From a virus (lineage: Duplodnaviria; Caudoviricetes), in IMG/VR virus record IMGVR_UViG_3300028534_000023, positions 1 through 64,000 of that record: DNA of 64,000 nucleotides. The stretch is one strand, 5' to 3'. The notes under the pieces are model-generated. The model saw only the letters and a program-made list of their open reading frames with translations, did no database searches and had not been told where the DNA came from. The translations under genes were made by a program, and so were the position numbers. Positions 1 through 7,774 of this stretch are shown piece by piece; the stretch's first letter is position 1; each line of letters starts with the position of its first letter.

Positions 1-518
1 CATTTTTCAATAGAATGTTGTTGACAACCGATTGCTAAAAAGTGTTTATTAAAAACAATTAAATAAGTATCTAATTGCATACTTTTAAGCTCTTTCATAT
101 TTCCTATGCAGTATTGATAACTAGCCCGTTTGAAGTTAGCACCTCTGAAGTCAGCATCAATGAAGTTAGCACCTCTGAAGTCAGCATAACTGAAGCTTGC
201 ACCTCTGAAGCTTGCACCTCTGAAGTTAGCACCTCTGAAGTCAGTATCAATGAAGTTAGCGCCTCTGAAGTTAGCACCTCTGAAGTCAGCATCACTGAAG
301 TCAGCATCACTGAAGCTTGCATAACTGAAGTTAGCACCTCTGAAGTTAGCATCACTGAAGTTAGCATCACTGAAGCTTGCACCTCTGAAGTCAGCATAGC
401 TGAAGTTTGCACGATAAAAAGATATTTTAGCTCTTAATGCTCCTTTTAATAGCTCAAACCACGAATTACATTCCAACTCAAAAATAACCTCTTGTGTGTC
501 CCATCTTTTTAATTTCAT
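1..518 (-). CDS. Pentapeptide-repeat protein (3' end runs off the window; absent from the ORF track)
   Basis: Manual translation from ATG 518 (SD AAGGA): MKLKRWDTQEVIFELECNSWFELLKGALRAKISFYR, 19 A(N/D/S)F(R/S/I)(G/D/Y) repeats, then CIGNMKELKSMQLDTYLIVFNKHFLAIGCQQHSIEK; open to base 1. Confidence 0.92.
   Translation of the reverse strand, partial: MKLKRWDTQEVIFELECNSWFELLKGALRAKISFYRANFSYADFRGASFSDANFSDANFRGANFSYASFSDADFSDADFRGANFRGANFIDTDFRGANFRGASFRGASFSYADFRGANFIDADFRGANFKRASYQYCIGNMKELKSMQLDTYLIVFNKHFLAIGCQQHSIEK
126..410 (-). repeat. 15-bp tandem repeat array, 19 units, encoding the pentapeptides
   Basis: Units such as GCTAACTTCAGAGGT; every central codon is TTC. Confidence 0.95.
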
Positions 519-550
519 CTTATTCCTTTAATTTGTAATAAAGCCAAGCA

Positions 551-902
551 TTACTGCCCGACTTCATCCGGTCTCATACCATCTGCACTAATTCCATCAA
601 GTACGCCCATATCTGGTTTAGTCGGTAAAACCTCTCCTGTATCTGCATCAACATATTCATGTGCAACTTCTACTTCAATATCTTCTAAGAGATCTTTCTC
701 TTTTTCTTTTTTAGCTTTAGCAGCTCTTTTTTAGTAGATTTTTTAGGACTTGCTATAATTGCATTTAGATCTGCTGTTTCATCTTCATTTGATACTGTTG
801 TTTCTATAATGCGAGTATCTTCAAGCTCCTCGACTGTTTGCGTACCGAACTTAACTTCAAGTACTCATCTATATCGTCAATATTTGGTAGTTTTATTGCC
901 AT
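551..902 (-). pseudogene. Acidic/lysine-rich hypothetical protein (~117 aa) broken by two apparent 1-nt deletions
   Basis: ATG 902 with SD AAGGA; MAIKLPNIDDIDE / VLEVKFGTQTVEELEDTRII...KKSTKK / RAAKAKKEKEKDLLEDIEVEVAHEYVDADTGEVL...DEVGQ* lies in three frames; 352 nt is 2 short of 118 codons. Confidence 0.65.
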
Positions 903-956
903 TATACTTCCTTTTGTTTATCTGTGTTAATATTTTATCGCAATTTTTGTTACCTA

Positions 957-1328
957 TCAAAATAGACTTTTTTCTATCTCAAATTTTTTATTTACTTCTT
1001 TGCCTATAAAGTATATTACTACACCCCCAAACTGTATGGATAAATACTTTTTGTCAATAAGCTCTTTTCTAAATTTTTTTATTTGTCGTTCTGATGTACC
1101 TGTGTATTTTGCTATATGCTTGTCGTTAAATGTCCAACCGTCTCTTCTGCTATAATAATATAGTAATAACTTATACGCACCGTTAGACAATTCTGTCATA
1201 GCTTCTATAATTTCTTTTTGTGGTATTTTTACCATGTACCTAGATTCCGACTTTTTTAGTATCGATTTTTGTTCTCGCTGCATTATTTTTTGCCTAAAAC
1301 GTGTAAAAATCTGTGTTTTTTTGCACAA
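957..1328 (-). CDS. Winged helix-turn-helix DNA-binding protein (start may be 1283 or 1235)
   Basis: ELSNGAYKLLLYYYSRRDGWTFNDKHIAKYTGTSERQIKKFRKELIDKKYL pattern. Confidence 0.6.
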   Translation of the reverse strand: MCKKTQIFTRFRQKIMQREQKSILKKSESRYMVKIPQKEIIEAMTELSNGAYKLLLYYYSRRDGWTFNDKHIAKYTGTSERQIKKFRKELIDKKYLSIQFGGVVIYFIGKEVNKKFEIEKSLF

Positions 1329-1415
1329 AATGTGTAATTTTTGCTTTATTTTTACACGTTTTGTGTAATGCTAAAATCCTCTACATCTCCAGTATTTATG
1401 TGTTTGTAGAGGATT
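1296..1415. repeat. Two inverted-repeat pairs
   Basis: AAAACGTGTAAAAAT 1296-1310 / ATTTTTACACGTTTT 1348-1362 (perfect 15 bp); AATCCTCTACA 1375-1385 / TGTAGAGGATT 1405-1415 (perfect 11 bp). Confidence 0.85.
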
Positions 1416-1465
1416 CTTTACTTAAAGCTGTCTATAGTATCATAGTGTTATATAAGTACAGTTGG

Positions 1466-1861
1466 TTACATTAGTAATCTGCATTTACTAAAATTTGCTG
1501 CATACAACGTGTTCTTAGATTGGTTTTTATATTTTTTCCATTTCTCTTTTGTTTGCAGTGATGGGTCTTTTAACCAAGCTCTCTTTTGTTCCGGGTCTTG
1601 TTCACGTGATGTAATTGTTTTTACTACTTCGTTCAATACTTTGCTAGGGTCGTAACCTTTTTGTACAATGCCTCCCAATAACACTACAATACTATCTGCT
1701 GCTGCATCAAGAAACTCATTTGTATCATTATCATCTATTGCTTGATATAGTTCTTCTATCTCTTCTTCTAACGTTTTTTTAAACTTCCATTCGTCAAACT
1801 CTGTACCATATCTCGTAATATTTAAGTCTCTTACTTTATCTATCGAATCGTTTCTGCTCAT
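1466..1861 (-). CDS. MazG/PRA-PH-like NTP pyrophosphohydrolase
   Basis: LEEEIEELYQAI...EFLDAAADSIVVLLG all-alpha acidic motif. Confidence 0.7.
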   Translation of the reverse strand: MSRNDSIDKVRDLNITRYGTEFDEWKFKKTLEEEIEELYQAIDDNDTNEFLDAAADSIVVLLGGIVQKGYDPSKVLNEVVKTITSREQDPEQKRAWLKDPSLQTKEKWKKYKNQSKNTLYAANFSKCRLLM

Positions 1862-1865
1862 ATAC

Positions 1866-2087
1866 CTATTCTCCTTTGTTAATATTTATGTTATCTAATT
1901 TTATTAGTATGTCTTTTACTAAGCCTTTGCTTGCGTTTATTTTACTTTCCATCTTTTCTATAAACACAGTATCTTTTCCGTTTATTACAATCGTATTAAG
2001 TTCTCTTGTATCTATTACTAAATTTCTTACCTCATTTAACTTGTTTACTACATCGATAAATTTTTTATCTTCTATCAGTGTTTGCAT
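1866..2087 (-). CDS. Hypothetical protein (MQTLIEDKK..., 73 aa)
   Basis: ORF 1866..2174 trimmed to ATG 2087, which follows AAGGTGG. Confidence 0.6.
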   Translation of the reverse strand: MQTLIEDKKFIDVVNKLNEVRNLVIDTRELNTIVINGKDTVFIEKMESKINASKGLVKDILIKLDNININKGE

Positions 2088-2217
2088 CTCGGTTTCCACC
2101 TTTTTTGTTATAGTCATCAAACCATTTACGTTGAATAAAACAAGCGTTATAGCATGATGCAGTAGCTCCAACAACTGCCACTGCTAGTGTTATGATGTTT
2201 ATCGTATTGTCTATCAT
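2065..2217 (-). CDS. Small membrane protein (50 aa)
   Basis: SD AAGGAGG; MIDNTINIITLAVAVVGATASCYNACFIQRKWFDDY...; manual translation. Confidence 0.6.
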   Translation of the reverse strand: MIDNTINIITLAVAVVGATASCYNACFIQRKWFDDYNKKGGNRDANTDRR

Positions 2218-2234
2218 TACTATTATATACCTCC

Positions 2235-4448
2235 TTAGTTTGCGCAGCTTTCACACGCTGTTTCGCTCATGTAATATACTGCTTTAAGCTCGTTTTTTAA
2301 CATCAGTTCTATAACTTTATCTGAAAAAGGTATCATTTCGAACAAATCTGGATTTACTCCTATTTCATTGCTTACTCCAGTGTCTGTCCATTTCTGTATA
2401 GCTGCTGCTGCTTCTAGGAAAAATACTCCATCATACGTACCACGTGTTCTATAGTAACTAAAACGCTCATCTGAAAATGCAGGTACAATTATAGGTGTCA
2501 TTTTTTGCATATCTTTATAATGACATAAAGACGTTACAGGTAAGAAGTTTGGCGATGCTCCTGTAACTACCCCTGTACCTGTATTTGGTGCTGGAGACAG
2601 CAATAAAAAGTTCCGTACACCTGATGATGTTAGTCTACTATGTAGGCTTACCCAATCTAAATTGTTTAAAGAAGCTTCTGTTAACTCTTCTGGAGTTTTG
2701 TTAAACATTATAGAATAATCTGCTTTGTCAAATAACTTATAAGGACCATACTTTTCTGCCAATTCTATACTTCTCTCGTACGCGTAAAATGCTATAAGTT
2801 CTTGTACTCTTTCTAGTTCTTTTATCCCTTTTTTATTATAAGGTATTTTATTATACGCAAGATAATCTGCACCACCTAATAAACATATACCTACATTTCT
2901 TAAATGCTTTGCCGATTTTTCTGTTCTGTCTGTAGGGTACTTTGATATATCTATAATTGTGTTTAGCATGTCCACAGCTGCTCTAACGGCTATTTTTAAT
3001 TTACTGTTAAATTGTTTTTCATACTTTGCCAACTCTGTTAAATTTATACTCAATAAATTGCATGTATGGTCAAATTCTGTAGAGTTTATAGAGAAACTTT
3101 CTAAACATAGGTTTCCAGTCTGTGCTAAGTAGTGTTTACGTAAATAGTTGTTAGAGTTTAGTCCATCTTTGTTTGCGATGTTTATTTTTCCAACTTTAAA
3201 ATAAATATCCCACATAGTGGTCCACAATTTATACGCATTCACTTTTTTGTGCGCTACTTTATCTAAATTACTTACTACTGTATTATACGCATTTTTCCAA
3301 TCATCTCCTACAAGCTCCGTTAAGTCTATGTTTAAATTTTTTATGCAATCATGATTATTTACCAAATACACATCTTTTTTACTCTTTACTTGCTCCAGTA
3401 AATAGTTGTTTATCAAAAATTGTGGAATTATGTCAAACGATTTTGTTCTTATATCACCACCATCTTCACTGCCTACTTCCATAAATTCCATAAAATCTAA
3501 ATGAAACCAGTCGTTAGCTACAGATATTGCTCCTTTTCTACTACCTAATTGATCTACTGTACCTGCAACTACATCAAAGAATTTAACCCATTTATTTATA
3601 TTTGCAGCTACTCCGTGCACTCCTCTTATCGATGATCCGTCTGGTCTTATTTTTCCTACATATACAGCCAAACCTCCACCTTCTTTACTTACTAAAGCAG
3701 CTTCTTTTATTCTGTCAAAGATATTTTCTATGTTATCTTCTACAACCATGCTAAAACAACTTGCTGTATTTCCACCAATTCTTAGATTCTTATTTACTGG
3801 AGTTGATTCTACTATAATACGTGATTTCAATAAGTTGTAAAAATTTATACAGTCTTTAACATAGTTTTCTACATTTTCTTCTACGTTTGTATAATGCTTT
3901 GATGCATATACCATAGCATCAGCCATATTATGCCACTGATTATATTCTATATGGTTTCCGTTTACATCTTTTAGTAAATACATATTCTTTAGTGATACTA
4001 CGCTTTGTGTTGGCAGTGTAAAATCTACTTCAGTATCTATATATTTCTCTAATAATTGTAAGATCTTGTCTGATACATCAGTGAGTTTATAGTATCCTCT
4101 TGACACTAGCATTTTATACCCTGCTAAAAAATCCTTTTGGTCCAGCCCGTTAGTATTTTTATGTATTTCACTATGTAATGCAGCCATTTCCAATCTTCCA
4201 GATATTACTGCGTATTTATAATTGTTATTGTTACTTTCTACAATAAATAATTTACTCTCATATACTATAATGTTTTGAATATCTTTTGTTTCCATCCCAT
4301 CGTAAAAAGCTATATCTAGTTTTTGAAGCAATTCAGTATAAGGTAGATCTGATAACTCGTAACCAAATTTGCACATACTTTCTATTTTAGCTGTGTCTAA
4401 TTTCTCTTCACTGCCGTTACGTTTTTTTACTTTTATGTTATTCAGCAT
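2235..4448 (-). CDS. nrdA: Ribonucleotide reductase class Ia alpha subunit with ATP-cone
   Basis: VKKRNGSEE ATP-cone, ASCF, GGG...IRP, GNLCLE, APN..TG, C-terminal CESC. Confidence 0.96.
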   Translation of the reverse strand: MLNNIKVKKRNGSEEKLDTAKIESMCKFGYELSDLPYTELLQKLDIAFYDGMETKDIQNIIVYESKLFIVESNNNNYKYAVISGRLEMAALHSEIHKNTNGLDQKDFLAGYKMLVSRGYYKLTDVSDKILQLLEKYIDTEVDFTLPTQSVVSLKNMYLLKDVNGNHIEYNQWHNMADAMVYASKHYTNVEENVENYVKDCINFYNLLKSRIIVESTPVNKNLRIGGNTASCFSMVVEDNIENIFDRIKEAALVSKEGGGLAVYVGKIRPDGSSIRGVHGVAANINKWVKFFDVVAGTVDQLGSRKGAISVANDWFHLDFMEFMEVGSEDGGDIRTKSFDIIPQFLINNYLLEQVKSKKDVYLVNNHDCIKNLNIDLTELVGDDWKNAYNTVVSNLDKVAHKKVNAYKLWTTMWDIYFKVGKINIANKDGLNSNNYLRKHYLAQTGNLCLESFSINSTEFDHTCNLLSINLTELAKYEKQFNSKLKIAVRAAVDMLNTIIDISKYPTDRTEKSAKHLRNVGICLLGGADYLAYNKIPYNKKGIKELERVQELIAFYAYERSIELAEKYGPYKLFDKADYSIMFNKTPEELTEASLNNLDWVSLHSRLTSSGVRNFLLLSPAPNTGTGVVTGASPNFLPVTSLCHYKDMQKMTPIIVPAFSDERFSYYRTRGTYDGVFFLEAAAAIQKWTDTGVSNEIGVNPDLFEMIPFSDKVIELMLKNELKAVYYMSETACESCAN

Positions 4449-5535
4449 TTAAAAACTCCTTGTAATCTTTTATTTTTATCGCAGGGTCAAAGTAATTTAT
4501 TGAATGTGCCTCAAATATGCTAGTTTCTGTCGAACTAGCATTAACTTCTTCTCCGTCACTCACGTTTCCTACTCTTTCTAGGTGTAAAAACGGGTTTTGT
4601 ACATTTTCAAATTTTGTTCCTATGTCAAGCAATCTGAACACCTTATTCATCCTATGTTTAGTATACATTTCTATGTTTTCTGGAGAAAACCCTGGTATTC
4701 TTCTATCTATGATATAAGAACTATACTTACTTTCAGTTTTTGTTTGCTCTATTAAGAAGTTTACTATAAACTCTTCATCCCATACATCTGGATAATCTTG
4801 TTTGAATTTATTGAGTATGTCTGCAAATACGTCTATATGAGTTACTTCATCTTTTTTAATCCAAGCAATTACCGTAGCTACATTTATCATCTTCCCTCTG
4901 TATTTTAAGTAAAAGAAAAAATTAAATATTGAATAAAACATTACAGCCTCTAGTACAATATTTGTAAGCAGTATTTTTAGCATGCCTTCTACAGTATCTC
5001 CGTCTAATGCTGTATATGCATCTTTTAATTTAATTGCCCGTTCTCTCATCACTGGATCAGTTTTTATCATATCACGTATTTCACGTGCTTCTTCTTTAGT
5101 AAACAAAGAATTGTATATGTATGCGTATGAAAATGAGTGTAAACTTTCTTGCATTTCTTGAAATGCTAGCACACCAGCTATTTCTGGGTATCTTATTTTT
5201 GCAGCTATTCTAGGAAGGTTGTGTACTTGTAGACTGTCTAAGCTAGTTAAATGTGATAAAGCTTTTTTAAATGACTCTTTTTCAACCTCTGTCAATGTAT
5301 GATAAATTTTTGTATCAGATGTCACTGGATACTTGGTAGGATGCCACATATTTGCAAACATTTTTTCAGTGTGCTTTTGATAAAAATCTGGAGTTATTTG
5401 TTGATCTATCATATCTATCAATCCAGTAGTGTTTCCATGAAACATACTATTTGTGCTACCTTCAGCATTAGCTGCAGGATCGAACATAGGTACCTCTGCT
5501 ATTTTTTCATACTTTGAATGACGTTCCTTCATCAT
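4438..5535 (-). CDS. nrdB: Ribonucleotide reductase class Ia beta subunit
   Basis: LDSLQ, ESLHSFSY, EAVMFYSIF, DEVTH di-iron ligands. Confidence 0.95.
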   Translation of the reverse strand: MMKERHSKYEKIAEVPMFDPAANAEGSTNSMFHGNTTGLIDMIDQQITPDFYQKHTEKMFANMWHPTKYPVTSDTKIYHTLTEVEKESFKKALSHLTSLDSLQVHNLPRIAAKIRYPEIAGVLAFQEMQESLHSFSYAYIYNSLFTKEEAREIRDMIKTDPVMRERAIKLKDAYTALDGDTVEGMLKILLTNIVLEAVMFYSIFNFFFYLKYRGKMINVATVIAWIKKDEVTHIDVFADILNKFKQDYPDVWDEEFIVNFLIEQTKTESKYSSYIIDRRIPGFSPENIEMYTKHRMNKVFRLLDIGTKFENVQNPFLHLERVGNVSDGEEVNASSTETSIFEAHSINYFDPAIKIKDYKEFLNAE

Positions 5536-5860
5536 GTATCCTTTCTTTTGTCGTAGGCATAGTGTAAAATCGTAATATTTTACAATTTACTTTTGTGTTG
5601 TTTGTAGTTCCTACATACTTTGTTTTTAGTTCGTCACGTACTATGAATGTACCAAAATTTGCTATATGCAAAGCACCGTACGTTATAATAGTATCTTTCA
5701 TAGCTCTGACTACGGAATCGTACATAAGTTTTGCTTGAGTTAAACTTTTTGCATCTTTATTTTGTACTAATGTTTCTAGTAATATTCTTTCTGATATCGT
5801 ACTTTTAAAAGGTTTTCTTACAACTTTTCGTACTTTTTTAACATCTTTAGGTACTGCCAT
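5507..5860 (-). CDS. HU/IHF-like DNA-binding protein
   Basis: LHIANFGTFIV motif; basic N-terminus. Confidence 0.8.
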   Translation of the reverse strand: MAVPKDVKKVRKVVRKPFKSTISERILLETLVQNKDAKSLTQAKLMYDSVVRAMKDTIITYGALHIANFGTFIVRDELKTKYVGTTNNTKVNCKILRFYTMPTTKERIHDEGTSFKV

Positions 5861-5896
5861 ATCGTTTTTACCTTACATAGTTGTAGTATCTATCAA

Positions 5897-5917
5897 TATA
5901 GCACTATATGTGCTATA
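5897..5917 (-). terminator. Hairpin after the SSB-like gene
   Basis: TATAGCAC-TATAT-GTGCTATA immediately after stop 5924. Confidence 0.5.
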
Positions 5918-5923
5918 CTGATG

Positions 5924-6646
5924 TTAGATGTCATCCTCATCAACTTCCTCTGTATCTGCAGCTGCACTACTACCTGATGTATTTTTTAAAATCGCTAATA
6001 AAGCTTTACATGCTTTGTTGTTTTGATCTGAATATTTAATTTCAACACGTGATTTTGCTTCTTCATCCACTTGTTCTAGCGTTTTACCTACTTCTGCATT
6101 TTCTGCTATCTCTAAGGCATTTCTTTTTCTTGTATCGAAGAATTTAAACGTATCTACAACTTGCACTTTCCATGCTTTTTCTGCATTTTTACTGTCAGCT
6201 TGTATTTCAGTATACGTAGTTATATATAGATTTTTACCTACTATAGAAGGGTATCTTACTGCTTGTACTGTTTTGTCTCCATAAGTTATAGAATCTTCTA
6301 CAGTATTTGCCAATACCTTATTTCGCTCTACTCCAGCAGCGTTACATATCGCTGTTAGCTGGTTCATTACACGTGCAGTTGTACTTTCTTGTTTTTCTTT
6401 GTCATTTGCTTTTAAGAATCCTACATATGTAGCAGTTTGACCTAGAGCGTCTTCAAAATCTATTTTTAAAAATTTTCCATCTTCTACACGCATATCTTTT
6501 ACTTTTACACTATGAACACCAGGTTTATTGATTATGGATGATACTTTACCTAAGTTATTTTTAGTTTCCTGTGGAAGTTCGTTGTAAGCTTCTAACAATG
6601 GGTTTGACATTTTATTTCCTTTTATACATTTAAACAGTTCTTTCAA
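5924..6646 (-). CDS. Probable single-stranded DNA-binding protein (start probably ATG 6610)
   Basis: Position after the AAA gene as in N4-like phages; acidic tail ADTEEVDEDDI. Confidence 0.55.
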   Translation of the reverse strand: MKELFKCIKGNKMSNPLLEAYNELPQETKNNLGKVSSIINKPGVHSVKVKDMRVEDGKFLKIDFEDALGQTATYVGFLKANDKEKQESTTARVMNQLTAICNAAGVERNKVLANTVEDSITYGDKTVQAVRYPSIVGKNLYITTYTEIQADSKNAEKAWKVQVVDTFKFFDTRKRNALEIAENAEVGKTLEQVDEEAKSRVEIKYSDQNNKACKALLAILKNTSGSSAAADTEEVDEDDI

Positions 6647-6667
6647 TTAACGTATCGTATTATTTGT

Positions 6668-6949
6668 TTACTTATTTTTACGATTTTCTGCTATACGTAA
6701 TATCAGCAAGTATCCTATCAAATCTTGTAATACATCTTCATCTTCATTATTTGATGCATTTTTTAATCTGCTAAGTTTATCATCTATTCGTACTAGCAAT
6801 TGCTCTGTAGGATTTGCTTTACTGAACACTCTTATAGGATTTAGTGCAGAATCTCCGTATTTTATATTTTTTTGCATTAACATATTTTTTATGTATGCTA
6901 ATTCATTGTCCAGATCATTCTCAAACTCTGATTTTCCAGGTTGTATCAT
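6668..6949 (-). CDS. DUF1599 / nucleotide-modification-associated domain 1-like protein
   Basis: KNIKYGDSAL...VRIDDKLSRL...DVLQDLIGY. Confidence 0.75.
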   Translation of the reverse strand: MIQPGKSEFENDLDNELAYIKNMLMQKNIKYGDSALNPIRVFSKANPTEQLLVRIDDKLSRLKNASNNEDEDVLQDLIGYLLILRIAENRKNK

Positions 6950-7710
6950 TATTTTACTCTATTTTTGTTGATACGTGATGCAGCTAACGTTTCTTCTAGT
7001 TCTGCTAAACTGTTTTCAGAACTTTCGTACGGTGATAGTGAACGACGTATGCGTGTAGAATTTGTTTCATCAGCATTATCAGCTACGAATCTAAAGTTAT
7101 TCAGTGCTACCACTGTGTTGAAATTTGCTTCTACTAGTCTATAATGAGCGTTACCTTTTACTACCATGAAACTTTCAGCTTCTGGATCTTTTTTGTCTCT
7201 TGCAGGTCGATAGTGTCCTAATACGTATAAAAATTTACCGTGTGCTCTACATTCTTCTTTGATTGTTCTGAAAAAATCGTGCAGTTGTTGATTATAGTTG
7301 TTCCATACAGTGAAACCGTTTGATGTAGTTACGTAAAGCCGTTCAAGTTCTGCTACATAAGCTGTAAATGAGTCTAATACTACACGGTCAACATCATCAG
7401 ACTTCATAACTGCTCTTATGTATGGTATAATTTCATCCACTGTTTTATATTTTACGTTTCCGTAATCTTTGTATTTTGTACTCGAGTCTACGTATTTTAG
7501 TCTTACTATTCTAAAATACTCAGAGTCATCATCTTCTGGCAGTCCTTTATTTTCTGCATCGATTATAACTGTACGTTTTTTGTCTTCTTCTGACAACATT
7601 TCTACAGCTGCAGATTTTCCTGCTTTTGGATATCCAGTAATAACTACAGGGTAATCTTTTGTTGCTATACATCTCTCTTCTAAAGTCATGTTTTTTAAGT
7701 TCATTTTCAT
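6949..7710 (-). CDS. AAA_24 / Sak4-like ATPase (N4 gp44-like)
   Basis: Walker A GYPKAGKS; VVLDSFT; LYVLGH. Confidence 0.85.
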   Translation of the reverse strand: MKMNLKNMTLEERCIATKDYPVVITGYPKAGKSAAVEMLSEEDKKRTVIIDAENKGLPEDDDSEYFRIVRLKYVDSSTKYKDYGNVKYKTVDEIIPYIRAVMKSDDVDRVVLDSFTAYVAELERLYVTTSNGFTVWNNYNQQLHDFFRTIKEECRAHGKFLYVLGHYRPARDKKDPEAESFMVVKGNAHYRLVEANFNTVVALNNFRFVADNADETNSTRIRRSLSPYESSENSLAELEETLAASRINKNRVK

Positions 7711-7774
7711 CCTTTGTTTATTTTATTATGCGTTATTACGCATATAGCTTTTTCATATTTAATATCCTCCTTTG

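Noticed and set aside
126-410. Repeat array as a CRISPR array or DGR template
   Set aside because: Contiguous 15-bp coding units with no spacers; no cas or reverse transcriptase gene in the window
75-437. ORF-track proteins 75..437(+) and 104..412(-) with EVSTS/MLTSE repeats
   Set aside because: They are shadow frames of the 15-bp array; the true frame is the SD-led pentapeptide ORF from 518, which runs off the window
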